This document shows, one piece after another, positions 27,595 through 37,749 of a stretch of 60,209 bases of DNA. Position 1 is the stretch's first letter, and every line of letters starts with the position of its first letter. This DNA comes from Patescibacteria group bacterium. GTDB lineage: Bacteria; Patescibacteriota; Minisyncoccia; Phycocordibacterales; XYD1-FULL-46-19. The stretch covers positions 1-60,209 of the forward strand of contig JAKJEI010000002.1 of assembly GCA_022705505.1 (NCBI GenBank), given 5' to 3'. The position numbers were made by a program, and so were the translations under genes. Below the pieces are notes generated by a model, which saw only the letters and a list, made by a program, of their open reading frames with translations, did no database searches and was not told the origin of the DNA.

Positions 27595-28116
27595 ATGAAA
27601 ATTGTCCAAAAAGACGATCCGGTCTTGCGCCAAAAAGCCCAAGAGATCCCCTTGGAAAAAATCGGTTCACCGGAAATCAAGAAAATCATAAAACAAATGA
27701 GCGAGGCCCTCGTCAAAGAAGATGACGGAGTTGCTTTGGCCGCGCCACAAATCGGTAAAAGCCTCCGTCTTTTCATTATTTCCGGAAAGCTTTTTCAAAA
27801 AGAAAATGACAAAGAAAAACCGGCTGATTTGGTTTTTATCAACCCCAAAATCAAAAAATTATCCCAACGTAAACAAAAATTGGAAGAAGGTTGTCTCTCC
27901 GTACGTTGGCTCTATGGTTTGGTCAGTCGAGCCGATAAAGCAACCGTCGAAGCCTACAATGAGACCGGCCAAAAATTCAGCCGCTCCGGTTCCGGCTTGA
28001 TGGCCCAAATTTTTCAACATGAGATGGACCACTTGGACGGCACCCTCTTTGTGGACAAGGCCAAAAACCTACAGCGCATAGAGCCGGAGAAAATGAGACA
28101 CGGAAACAGAATATAA
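27595..28116 (+). CDS. def: Peptide deformylase
   Basis: GVALAAPQIG, EGCLS and HEMDH motifs. Confidence 0.93.
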   Translation: MKIVQKDDPVLRQKAQEIPLEKIGSPEIKKIIKQMSEALVKEDDGVALAAPQIGKSLRLFIISGKLFQKENDKEKPADLVFINPKIKKLSQRKQKLEEGCLSVRWLYGLVSRADKATVEAYNETGQKFSRSGSGLMAQIFQHEMDHLDGTLFVDKAKNLQRIEPEKMRHGNRI

Positions 28117-28123
28117 ATTAAAG

Positions 28124-28179
28124 TGTAAAAATTAAAAACTAAAATCTCTTTCCTTTCATTCTACATTTTAATTTTTACA
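28124..28179 (+). terminator. Long AT-rich hairpin between def and fmt
   Basis: Perfect 14-bp arms TGTAAAAATTAAAA / TTTTAATTTTTACA separated by 28 nt. It may be a terminator, or simply two inverted copies of the AT-rich upstream motif. Confidence 0.35.
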
Positions 28180-28200
28180 TTTTGTATTTACCTAATAACT

Positions 28201-29052
28201 ATGGACAAAACTTTTATTTTTTGGGGCACAGATGAATTTAGTGTCAAAATTCTGGAAACCCTGACAAAACGTGAATTAGAACCAGCGCTAATTGTCACAG
28301 TTCCCGACAAACCGCAAGGACGCAAAAATATCATCGTTCCCTCGCCTGTCAAAGTTTGGGCTCAAACAAAAGGAATTGACATCCTTCAGCCACCTTCGCT
28401 ACGTAACCCAGATTTTGCCGAGCAGCTAAAGGCCAAGGGAGCGGCATTTTTTCTGGTTGCTTCTTACGGCAAAATAATTCCGACCGACATTTTGGCCATC
28501 CCACCCAAGGGAACCTTGAATATTCATCCATCACTTTTGCCTAAGTATCGCGGTCCCTCTCCGCTGGAAACCGCCATTCTAAATGGCGAAACCGAAACAG
28601 GTGTAACGATTATGCTTGTAGACGAAGAAATGGACCATGGTCCGATTCTCGCAAATCAAAAAATCAGCCTGCGAGATCAATATAATTTTGAACGACTAAG
28701 AAATGAAACAGCTGTGATTGGCGCCAACTTGTTCGCCGATATTTTGCCTGATTATTTGGTCGGTTCTTTGGAATCCAAAGTGCAAGAACACCCGGCCGCC
28801 ACCTACACCAAAAAATTTACCAGGGAAGACGGTCAGCTTAACTTGTCCGCCACTCCCACGGAAAATTATCGAAAGATTCTCGCCTTAAATCCCTGGCCAG
28901 GCGCCTATTTCATTGACCAGCATAATAACCGTCAAATTAAAGTCAAAGTCAAAAAAGCTAAACTGGAAAACGGAGAACTGATCTTTGAGCGTGTCATCCC
29001 CGAAGGACGCAAGGAAGTAAGCTGGGCCGATTATCTCCGAGGCAAACGTTAA
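28201..29052 (+). CDS. fmt: Methionyl-tRNA formyltransferase
   Basis: Formyltransferase core (NIHPSLLPKYRG, GVTIM) and a C-terminal OB-like domain. It follows def. Confidence 0.92.
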   Translation: MDKTFIFWGTDEFSVKILETLTKRELEPALIVTVPDKPQGRKNIIVPSPVKVWAQTKGIDILQPPSLRNPDFAEQLKAKGAAFFLVASYGKIIPTDILAIPPKGTLNIHPSLLPKYRGPSPLETAILNGETETGVTIMLVDEEMDHGPILANQKISLRDQYNFERLRNETAVIGANLFADILPDYLVGSLESKVQEHPAATYTKKFTREDGQLNLSATPTENYRKILALNPWPGAYFIDQHNNRQIKVKVKKAKLENGELIFERVIPEGRKEVSWADYLRGKR

Positions 29053-29090
29053 AGCGCGCTTGCCAATTATAACCAGCGCCACCACCAATC

Positions 29091-29480
29091 TTAACTCGGC
29101 AAACCTTTTTCTTTGCGGCCCGGGTAAAAACCTTTGATAAAGTTTTTTACCACTCGCCCGCCACGACGCAAGAGATGATTTTTCTTTTTCAGATAAGAAA
29201 AGGCGTCGCGTTCAATTTTGTCTTTGGCTTGGTCAATTGCCGCGTAAAGGTCGTTGTCATTGACAACTTGGCGAAAAAACTTGCCGTCAATCGTTAAGTT
29301 TATCTCAGCAAACATTACTTCACCATTCTTGTGATGATTGGTAATTTTACCGACTTCCACTTCCGCCAACGAATTCTCGTAACCAACCGCCAGCTTGTCC
29401 AAATAAGAAATTTTGGACTTAATATAATCGGCAATCGCCGGGGTCATTTCCAAAGAGGTAGCCTTGATGTTAGTCTTCAT
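29091..29480 (-). CDS. hpf: Ribosome hibernation promoting factor / RaiA family
   Basis: MKTNIKATSLEMTPAIADYI... is a typical S30AE fold sequence. It has a basic C-terminal tail. Confidence 0.8.
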   Translation of the reverse strand: MKTNIKATSLEMTPAIADYIKSKISYLDKLAVGYENSLAEVEVGKITNHHKNGEVMFAEINLTIDGKFFRQVVNDNDLYAAIDQAKDKIERDAFSYLKKKNHLLRRGGRVVKNFIKGFYPGRKEKGLPS

Positions 29481-29555
29481 ATTTTTATGAATTAAACTTT
29501 TAATCTTGGCCAATAATTATTTTTATTATAGCAAAATTCAACCCGAATTTAAAGC

Positions 29556-29783
29556 TCAAGTCTGACTTCTAATTTCCAGAATTTTGGCCGGATTATGATG
29601 GCCGTGAATGATTCTGATTTGTCCCACGGCCACCCCCAAATGTTCCGCCACCAGTTCAATCACTCGCCGATTAGCCTGGTTACGTTCCGGTTTGGCGCGT
29701 ACCGAAACAATCAAAGTGTCCGGTGCCAATTCCGCCACTTCATCTTTTTTCGCTTCAACTGAAACACGAACTTTGATGTGCAC
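29556..29783 (-). CDS. DUF167 (YggU-like) protein
   Basis: 75 aa with the ...VRAKPERNQANRRVIELVAEHLGV... pattern typical of YggU/DUF167. Confidence 0.65.
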   Translation of the reverse strand: MHIKVRVSVEAKKDEVAELAPDTLIVSVRAKPERNQANRRVIELVAEHLGVAVGQIRIIHGHHNPAKILEIRSQT

Positions 29784-29791
29784 AAGAAATT

Positions 29792-30571
29792 TTATTTAAT
29801 TTCGTAACGCAAAGTAACAATCTCAACAATATCTTGCGAGCCGGGTTCAATAGTAGGAATTGCGTCCGACGCCGCTTTTGCCGACTCAAGCATCATCTGA
29901 TCTTCTCCCCGGCCATAAGCGACCGGATAAGGCGCGTTGGAAATTTCATCAATTGATAATAAATCCCCCAAACGGAAATCGCCGGCCTTAGCCATCGCCT
30001 TGGCGCGCTCTTTGGCTTTAGCAATAGCTTCGGCCTTGGCTTCGTTGATTGCCGCTTCCTTGTCATCCAAAGTAAACTGCAAGGCAGAAACTGAGTTAGC
30101 GCCATTTTTAACAACATTGGCTAAAGCTTCCCCCACCACGGCAAAATCGCGAATCTTCACGCTCACCGACTGACGAACGGTGTAGCCGACGATTGTCGGT
30201 GGCGGACAAACTCCTCCACGACTGCAGTTGTAATATTCATAACGCGGCTCCACATTGAAACCGGTCGTTTCAATGTCTTTTTTCTCAATCGCCAAAGTTT
30301 TCAGGTAATCAATCACTTTGTTGACCTTCTTGGTGTTCTCGGCCTGGATTTCACTTAACCCTTTACCGCCTTCAGAAATTACCGTTGCCGTAAAAGTTGC
30401 CACATCCGGAATAGCTGTCACCTTGCCTTCCCCAGTCACTGAAAAACTCTTATAAGAACCCGGCTCCACCGCTTTGGCGTAAGACCAAGCATAGCTGATT
30501 GCTGAATAAGAAACGGCCGCCATCGCCACCAAAGCCATTACCGCTAACGCATTTTTTAATTTTTGTTCCAT
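29792..30571 (-). CDS. SIMPL/DUF541 periplasmic protein
   Basis: N-terminal anchor followed by SVTGEGKVTAIPDVATFTATV, typical of the SIMPL domain. Confidence 0.7.
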   Translation of the reverse strand: MEQKLKNALAVMALVAMAAVSYSAISYAWSYAKAVEPGSYKSFSVTGEGKVTAIPDVATFTATVISEGGKGLSEIQAENTKKVNKVIDYLKTLAIEKKDIETTGFNVEPRYEYYNCSRGGVCPPPTIVGYTVRQSVSVKIRDFAVVGEALANVVKNGANSVSALQFTLDDKEAAINEAKAEAIAKAKERAKAMAKAGDFRLGDLLSIDEISNAPYPVAYGRGEDQMMLESAKAASDAIPTIEPGSQDIVEIVTLRYEIK

Positions 30572-30586
30572 ATTTTTAATGGTTAA

Positions 30587-31984
<1,398 letters not shown>

Positions 31985-32046
31985 CAATCCAAATCCATAT
32001 CAAAAACGCGTTCACCAACCGCCATAGTCAAAACCAAACCTAAAAC

Positions 32047-32220
32047 TTAATTGAGTTTTTGAAAACTAACCTTTGGATATTTATCAACCAAACCTTCAAT
32101 ATCACTCTTGTTGAGAGAGTTATAAAACAGTGCGCCGGTAAATCCTTCAGGAAAGACGAGACCCTTGGCGGAGGCGAGATTGGGAAGGTCAAGATCACCG
32201 CTGATGATACTTAATACCAT
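32047..32220 (-). CDS. Unannotated small ORF (57 aa) downstream of the gpmA-like gene
   Basis: ATG at 32220 and TAA at 32047-32049, 15 nt after the gpmA-like stop and on the same strand. Translation: MVLSIISGDLDLPNLASAKGLVFPEGFTGALFYNSLNKSDIEGLVDKYPKVSFQKLN. It falls below the 60-aa cutoff of the ORF track. Confidence 0.35.
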   Translation of the reverse strand: MVLSIISGDLDLPNLASAKGLVFPEGFTGALFYNSLNKSDIEGLVDKYPKVSFQKLN

Positions 32221-32235
32221 CGCTTTAATTATTTT

Positions 32236-32880
32236 TTATTTAACTTCTTTTTTGGCCACGGCTAAATCCTCATCCAGGTCATAAATAATGATTCCGCCAA
32301 ACGGAATTTCATATTGAGCGATGTCCTCGTTAGAAATTTTTTCCACATATTTCACCAGAGCGCGCAGACTATTGTGACTGCCAACCATCATCACATTCTG
32401 TCCGACTTTCAATCTTGGTTCCACATAATCTTGAAAGAACGGCACAATCCGCTGATAAACATCTTCCAAACTTTCCCCTTCCGGCGGCGCCACGTCCCAA
32501 CTTCGCCGCCACAGATGAAGTTGTTCCTCGCCGTAATCACGCTTTGCCTCGTCTTTATTCACCCCCTCCAAGAGACCATAGCTGCGTTCATTCAAAGTTT
32601 CGGTAACATAAACCGGCACGTCAGCGCGGTCAGCCGGTTCTTCGCCAGGTCTGAGAAAAACCGATTGCTTGCCCAACTGGTCCAAAACGAGCCAAGTGGT
32701 CGTTTTGTTTCGCGATAGAGGCGAAGTAAAAACTACATCAGGCGCCAGCGATAGTTTGGCGGTTTGCGCCGGCGCCGCCGCCATTCCTTCGGTTGACAAC
32801 GGCACGTCGGTCCAGCCTGAAAACTTGTTTTCTTTGTTCCACTGTGACAAAAAGTGTCGCAACAAAATTAATTTAGCCAT
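32236..32880 (-). CDS. Histidine phosphatase family protein (phosphoglycerate mutase-like, divergent)
   Basis: LILLRHFLSQWN (RHG signature altered to RHF), NERSYG and GSHNSLRAL. Confidence 0.7.
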   Translation of the reverse strand: MAKLILLRHFLSQWNKENKFSGWTDVPLSTEGMAAAPAQTAKLSLAPDVVFTSPLSRNKTTTWLVLDQLGKQSVFLRPGEEPADRADVPVYVTETLNERSYGLLEGVNKDEAKRDYGEEQLHLWRRSWDVAPPEGESLEDVYQRIVPFFQDYVEPRLKVGQNVMMVGSHNSLRALVKYVEKISNEDIAQYEIPFGGIIIYDLDEDLAVAKKEVK

Positions 32881-32942
32881 TATGTTCATTATAACAAAGC
32901 TTCACCCACGAAAAAAGCCTCCGGCTGGCGGAGGCATTGTGG

Positions 32943-33317
32943 CTATTTAACTTGGATCGGTCTCTCAACCGATGCCCGTCCTTGGCTGTCTCGCAGGACA
33001 TGCCCATCATCAAGGGTGGACATTAAAATCCCCGCGGCTACTTCAAGCCAAGCGTCTTCGAGCTTCTGGCCTCTAAGGCCATTGGTCTTGCAGATACAAA
33101 TGTGGGAAAACTTTCGTTCTCCCAACATGTTTTGGATAGTCTTGCTGACCCAATCACTGAGATTGAGCCAGGCCTGGCCCGAGATCTTCGGCTCAACAGG
33201 CCAATCAAAACACCTTGACTTACCCAAGGCTTGAATAGTTGCCCGATTTCGAAATCGGTCAACGACAGCAACCTTGGATAGGTCAAGGTGTATTTCCAAG
33301 TTCTTCAAGTTCTTCAA
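32943..33317 (-). CDS. Hypothetical protein (124 aa) with a canonical Shine-Dalgarno site
   Basis: TTG start preceded by AAGGAGG with a 5-nt spacer. I recognise no family. Confidence 0.6.
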   Translation of the reverse strand: MKNLKNLEIHLDLSKVAVVDRFRNRATIQALGKSRCFDWPVEPKISGQAWLNLSDWVSKTIQNMLGERKFSHICICKTNGLRGQKLEDAWLEVAAGILMSTLDDGHVLRDSQGRASVERPIQVK

Positions 33318-33430
33318 CGACCCCTCCTTTCTTCTGGGTTAATTCCCCCATTAAACAAAAAAGACCCGTCGGCCTTGTCTTTTCCAAGTTCAAATTTAAA
33401 AGTACTTCCCTATCTATCATTATAACATAT

Positions 33431-34216
33431 TTAACTGAAAAATGCAATCGCCAAAATGAGACTCAAAACAAGGCGGTAAGCCCCAAAGACAACAAAGTCA
33501 TGTTTTTGGATATAAGCGAGAAAAGTTTTGACCGCGAGCCAAGCAACCGCAAAACTGGTTACCAGACCAATCACCAACAAACCGTATTCTTCCGTTGTAA
33601 AACCACCTGAAGTTTTTAGAAGATCTAAACCAACAGCCGCCGCCATTGTTGGGACAGCCAACAAAAAAGAAAATTCTACAATCGCGCGCCGAGACAAACC
33701 CAAGGCCAAACCGCCGACAATCGTGGCCGCGGATCGAGACACTCCCGGAACAATCGCCACCGCTTGCGCCAAACCGATATAAACCGCTTGCCGGAATGAC
33801 AAGTCTTCAATTGAGTTTAGCGGATTTTCTTTCTCGCCGATTTTTTTCTCATAAAAAATTAAGAGCAAGCCGCCGATAAACAAAGCCGCCAACGTGACGG
33901 TTACGCTGCCAAGAAGATATTGTTTAACAAGCGGATAAACCAAAAGCCCGATAAGCGCGGTCGGCCCAAAAGCGACCAAGACCCGAGCCAAAACACGACG
34001 ATTAACCAAAAATTGGCGCCAATACAAAATAGCGACCGCCATAATCGCCCCCAATTGAATCACCACTTCAAAACTTTTGACGAATTCCGAATCCGGCAAA
34101 CCAAGCAAACGCGAAGCCAAAATCAAATGCCCAGTGGAGGAAACCGGCAAAAACTCAGTCAGGCCTTCTATAACGCCTAGAATCGCCGCCGAAAAAATTG
34201 TGACTTGGCTAAACAT
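33431..34216 (-). CDS. uppP: Undecaprenyl-diphosphatase
   Basis: Polytopic membrane protein with the EFLPVSSTGH and PGVSRS motifs. Confidence 0.92.
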   Translation of the reverse strand: MFSQVTIFSAAILGVIEGLTEFLPVSSTGHLILASRLLGLPDSEFVKSFEVVIQLGAIMAVAILYWRQFLVNRRVLARVLVAFGPTALIGLLVYPLVKQYLLGSVTVTLAALFIGGLLLIFYEKKIGEKENPLNSIEDLSFRQAVYIGLAQAVAIVPGVSRSAATIVGGLALGLSRRAIVEFSFLLAVPTMAAAVGLDLLKTSGGFTTEEYGLLVIGLVTSFAVAWLAVKTFLAYIQKHDFVVFGAYRLVLSLILAIAFFS

Positions 34217-34269
34217 AGTTCTTCCATTATAATTAATTTAAGCTTAAAAGAAAAATAAAATTTACCTCT

Positions 34270-34854
34270 ATGCTAAAAAGAATCAATCCAAAGATAAAAG
34301 AAAACGTGGAGAATGTGCGCGGTTTGCATGACGCTATCTGGGGCGACTTTTCCGCCTTACGCGGCGACGTCAGTAAAATTTACGGCGATGTTTCATTACA
34401 CAAAATAAACGGCAACGTCTCCGGTATCAATGGCAATATTGCCGGCCTTTTTGGCAACGTCTCAGCTCTGCGCGGCGATGTGAGTAACATTCGTGGCAAT
34501 ACCACCCACCTTAAAGGCGACGTGAGTAATATTTCCGGCGATATCAGCGGATTAATCGGCGACCCCAGCCACATCCGCGGCGACGTCACCAACATCCGCG
34601 GCGATTTATCCAAGATTGCCGGCAACGTCTCAGACTTGGTCGGCGATGTTTCAGACCTTCGCGGCGACGTCACCAACATTTCTGGCAATGTCACCAACAT
34701 TTCTGGCGATGCCAGTCATCTATCCGGCAACGTTAGCAATCTTACCGGTGAAATTTCCAGCCTAGAAGGCGACGCGACTGGGATTGAAGGCGACACGACT
34801 GGCTTGGTTGGCCGAATTGACAAACAGCTGGAAAAAGAAGAACCAACCTTCTAA
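34270..34854 (+). CDS. Heptad-repeat protein (22 tandem G-[DN]-V-S-x-[IL]-x units)
   Basis: A 24-aa N-terminus without a signal peptide, 22 repeat units (one of 9 aa) and a 14-aa acidic tail. Confidence 0.8.
   Translation: MLKRINPKIKENVENVRGLHDAIWGDFSALRGDVSKIYGDVSLHKINGNVSGINGNIAGLFGNVSALRGDVSNIRGNTTHLKGDVSNISGDISGLIGDPSHIRGDVTNIRGDLSKIAGNVSDLVGDVSDLRGDVTNISGNVTNISGDASHLSGNVSNLTGEISSLEGDATGIEGDTTGLVGRIDKQLEKEEPTF
34342..34809 (+). repeat. 21-bp periodic coding tandem repeat (GGCGAYGTSWSN...)
   Basis: Every unit starts GGC GA[CT]/AA[CT]. The periodicity is visible directly in the DNA. The units are diverged rather than identical. Confidence 0.9.
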
Positions 34855-35363
34855 CGAAAGAGTCGCCAATTGCCAATCAAGAAAGCTACCAAGATTATGG
34901 ATAGTTGCAACAAAAAGCCCAAAGACGGCTTTTTGTTTAACTCGCGATAAGAAGAATGCGCCCAGCCGTGGATTTTTTGCAAAGCAATAAACGGCTCCCG
35001 CCTTAACCTAATATAAACAAATTGCAAAAAATCCGGCAACAACGCGCCGATAATGCCGGCCATAACCGCCACTAGCTTCTCCGGCCGCGCCAAATTGACA
35101 AAAAATAAAACCCCCAAGACCAAACCAAGCAGGGCGTCAAAACCGATTTTGGCTAAATCATAATAAAAATCTTTACCCCTAGACAAGTCGTTGTTTAGCG
35201 GATTCTCAAGGTCCACCTTGGCTGAACGCAAATGATAGTCCCAGTGAGGCATAAAGTCAAAAAAGTAGTGGCTAACCCAACCGAGCGCCAAAGCTGTTCC
35301 CGGCTTGTCAGCAAAAACACTTCCAATTGCCGCGCCAATAATAGCATGAGTTCCCAATGTCAT
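34851..35363 (-). CDS. Membrane-bound metal-dependent hydrolase-like protein (YdjM/DUF457-like)
   Basis: MTLGTHAIIGAAIG N-terminus, several TM helices and conserved His residues. Confidence 0.5.
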   Translation of the reverse strand: MTLGTHAIIGAAIGSVFADKPGTALALGWVSHYFFDFMPHWDYHLRSAKVDLENPLNNDLSRGKDFYYDLAKIGFDALLGLVLGVLFFVNLARPEKLVAVMAGIIGALLPDFLQFVYIRLRREPFIALQKIHGWAHSSYRELNKKPSLGFLLQLSIILVAFLIGNWRLFR

Positions 35364-35364
35364 C

Positions 35365-36423
35365 TTAATTTATTTTTAAAGGAAAATTGTTAGCCAATTC
35401 CCCCGAATAATAAAACTGAAAAGCCAACCCGCCGAAACTGTGAACCTTACCCCCAATCTCAATTTCCGCGCCACCGACTGCCGGCTCGGCCTTGGGCGCC
35501 GATTTAGCAAAACCCAAGTTAAACAAGGTAGCTAAAATTTCCGGTCGGTCATCTATATTATAACCGGCCCTCTCCCATTGCGCCATTATTTGTTTTAGAA
35601 AAAGGGCGGCGTAAAGATAGGCATGGGAATGATCATGTTGGTCGGTCAAGCGAAGAAATCGCGCGCTTTCTTTGTCGGTCGCTTCCGTTGCTGAAAAATC
35701 AAGCAAGTTTTCAAACTGTGGGCCCAAATAAAAAGGTGAATTTTTATCTTTTAAATTGTTTTCTACCATTTCTGCCGTTTCCTCTTTCATCCCCATTACC
35801 CCCCAAGAAAATTTGCTTTGCGTCCCCAAAATTTTTAATGGTTGAAAGATTTGCTTAAAAACTTCTCGCTCAGAAGTAAAAAGACGCAACTGTTCTACTG
35901 TCAAAACTGAAACCAAAAGTCTCGCATCTCCTCCGGCCTTCTGGGCCGCCAAGTTTATAACTTCGGCATCTTTAACAATTGCCTCGCGCAAAGTCTGCCA
36001 TTCCGGCAAGGCGCGCCAGTCGGCTGGATCGTTTTGAGCAGAAAAATTCCAATCACCGCGACAAACAGACAAAGCTTGTCGATAATCTTCACTTTGCGTT
36101 AAGTAAATTTCTTGCGCGGCAATGGCGCGATTCAAGACTACACCATAATTTGCCTGGTCCATAATTTCAAACAAACCCCGCGCGACTGAGGGCTGAAATC
36201 GGCTGATAACCGCCAGCTTGCACAAGTCGTCCGCCTTAGCCATTCCGTCAACCGTCTTCTTATTTTGGTAAAAACCAATAAAATAACGGTCGTAAAAATC
36301 GGTTTTGCCTGCCGTCTTGGTCAGACCCAAACGAAGCGCCCAAAAGCCGCCCAAGAAAAAAAGACCGGCCATCGCCAGCAGAAGGACTAGAATGTTCAAA
36401 ACGACTTTGACTTTTCTACTCAT
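35365..36423 (-). CDS. Membrane-anchored hypothetical protein
   Basis: Start moved to MSRKVKVV... (ATG at 36423) to avoid overlap with rsmE. One TM helix followed by a large soluble domain of unknown family. Confidence 0.55.
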   Translation of the reverse strand: MSRKVKVVLNILVLLLAMAGLFFLGGFWALRLGLTKTAGKTDFYDRYFIGFYQNKKTVDGMAKADDLCKLAVISRFQPSVARGLFEIMDQANYGVVLNRAIAAQEIYLTQSEDYRQALSVCRGDWNFSAQNDPADWRALPEWQTLREAIVKDAEVINLAAQKAGGDARLLVSVLTVEQLRLFTSEREVFKQIFQPLKILGTQSKFSWGVMGMKEETAEMVENNLKDKNSPFYLGPQFENLLDFSATEATDKESARFLRLTDQHDHSHAYLYAALFLKQIMAQWERAGYNIDDRPEILATLFNLGFAKSAPKAEPAVGGAEIEIGGKVHSFGGLAFQFYYSGELANNFPLKIN

Positions 36424-36472
36424 CAGAATTAAATTAAAGCAATTTAGGCCAATCAAAGCAAGAAGAGCCTGC

Positions 36473-37171
36473 CTAAGGCCGCCAACCGCCACTTATCACA
36501 AAAGTGCCAATGATAGCGGCCGTCTCGGCGCGCAAAGTAAAATCACCCAAACTAAACTTGGAAAAACCTTTCTCTTGGGCCAAGCCAATCTCGGCCGGCG
36601 AAAAGCCGCCTTCCGGACCAACGAAAATTCCAATGTTACCGTCAACCTTTTTCAGTTTAGCGCCATTCAAATCAAAAAGAATATTCAACTCGTGGCTCTC
36701 CGCGGCTACCCGTATCGCTTCGTCAAACGAAAGCGCCTCACAAACCTTTGGCACAATTAATCGTCCGCTTTGTTCGGCCGCTTCTTTGGCGATTATTTGC
36801 CAACGTTCTGTCTTGTCTCCTTGCTTAACGGTCCTGGCCGCGACAATCGGCACGATTGCCAAAACTCCAGCTTCGGTGGCCTTTTGCACCACAAATTCAA
36901 AGTTGTCTCTTTTTAAGAGTGAGACATAGAGAGTAATTTTGTTGCCAAGTTCCTTGGCGCTTTGGACTGACAATATTTTAAAACGCAAATCTTCATCTTT
37001 AATCTCCGCCAAGCTGACAGTCGCCTCTTCGCCGCGACCATTGAACAAAAAAACAACCTTGTCACCATCAAGACGCAAAACATTTTTCAATTGGTGGGCC
37101 AATTCCCGATCTCGCCAAACCAAAAACTCTCCACTGTAATCAGTCGGGATAAAGAAACGGTCTTTTCTCAT
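36473..37171 (-). CDS. rsmE: 16S rRNA (uracil1498-N3)-methyltransferase
   Basis: PUA-like N-terminus and a SPOUT C-terminus with GPEGGFSPAE. Confidence 0.85.
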   Translation of the reverse strand: MRKDRFFIPTDYSGEFLVWRDRELAHQLKNVLRLDGDKVVFLFNGRGEEATVSLAEIKDEDLRFKILSVQSAKELGNKITLYVSLLKRDNFEFVVQKATEAGVLAIVPIVAARTVKQGDKTERWQIIAKEAAEQSGRLIVPKVCEALSFDEAIRVAAESHELNILFDLNGAKLKKVDGNIGIFVGPEGGFSPAEIGLAQEKGFSKFSLGDFTLRAETAAIIGTFVISGGWRP

Positions 37172-37176
37172 AAAAA

Positions 37177-37683
37177 CTACTCGTCAGTGCTTGTTGTTTC
37201 TTCAGTGACAGGTTGAGTTTCAACTTGTTGTTCGCTTGCTTCCTCGTTGTAATAAACCGGACCAGCATTTACAATCAATCCCCGACTCGGGCTGTAAATT
37301 ATCGCGCGCTTGGCTTCAGCGTAAAAAAGAACTTTGTCACCTTTGTTTACACCCTCGTAAAAAGGTTGTTCCTTGACCAGAGTGTCCGGGTCAACCACTG
37401 TTGCAATTTGCGGTTTTTCATCCGGAAGAATCATCAGCTTGCCGACGGCAGCGGTCACCTCTTTGATTTCTTGTTCCATTTCAGCTTCAGTTCCGGCGCC
37501 AGTCAAAAACTTCTGAGTCTCGGTGTACTTCCAATAGAACCACCCGGCGGCGGCCAAAGCAACAATAACAAGCACCACCAAAATATTTGTAATAATATGA
37601 CCACCCGATGATTTCCGATTTTCTCCGCCTTCAGAGATTGGTTCATCTTTGACCATATCAATATCAACTAGTCTTTTTGCCAT
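37177..37683 (-). CDS. Membrane-anchored hypothetical protein
   Basis: 168 aa with one TM helix (ILVVLVIVALAAAGWFYW) and a small C-terminal domain. Confidence 0.5.
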   Translation of the reverse strand: MAKRLVDIDMVKDEPISEGGENRKSSGGHIITNILVVLVIVALAAAGWFYWKYTETQKFLTGAGTEAEMEQEIKEVTAAVGKLMILPDEKPQIATVVDPDTLVKEQPFYEGVNKGDKVLFYAEAKRAIIYSPSRGLIVNAGPVYYNEEASEQQVETQPVTEETTSTDE

Positions 37684-37725
37684 AATTTTTTGAAATTAGT
37701 TTGATAATTAATTTATCTTATATTT

Positions 37726-37749
37726 ATATTATAAAGTATATTATAAAGT
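37726..37749. repeat. Perfect tandem 12-bp duplication
   Basis: ATATTATAAAGT x2 between the rsmI stop and the next gene. On the minus strand it supplies two TATAAT boxes. Confidence 0.7.

Noticed and set aside
34380-34700. 106-aa minus-strand ORF antisense to the heptad-repeat gene
   Set aside because: It stays open only because the 21-bp periodic repeat lacks stops in several frames. Its product is itself a degenerate repeat (SPRM/LVTSP). The plus-strand ORF is longer and has proper non-repeat termini.
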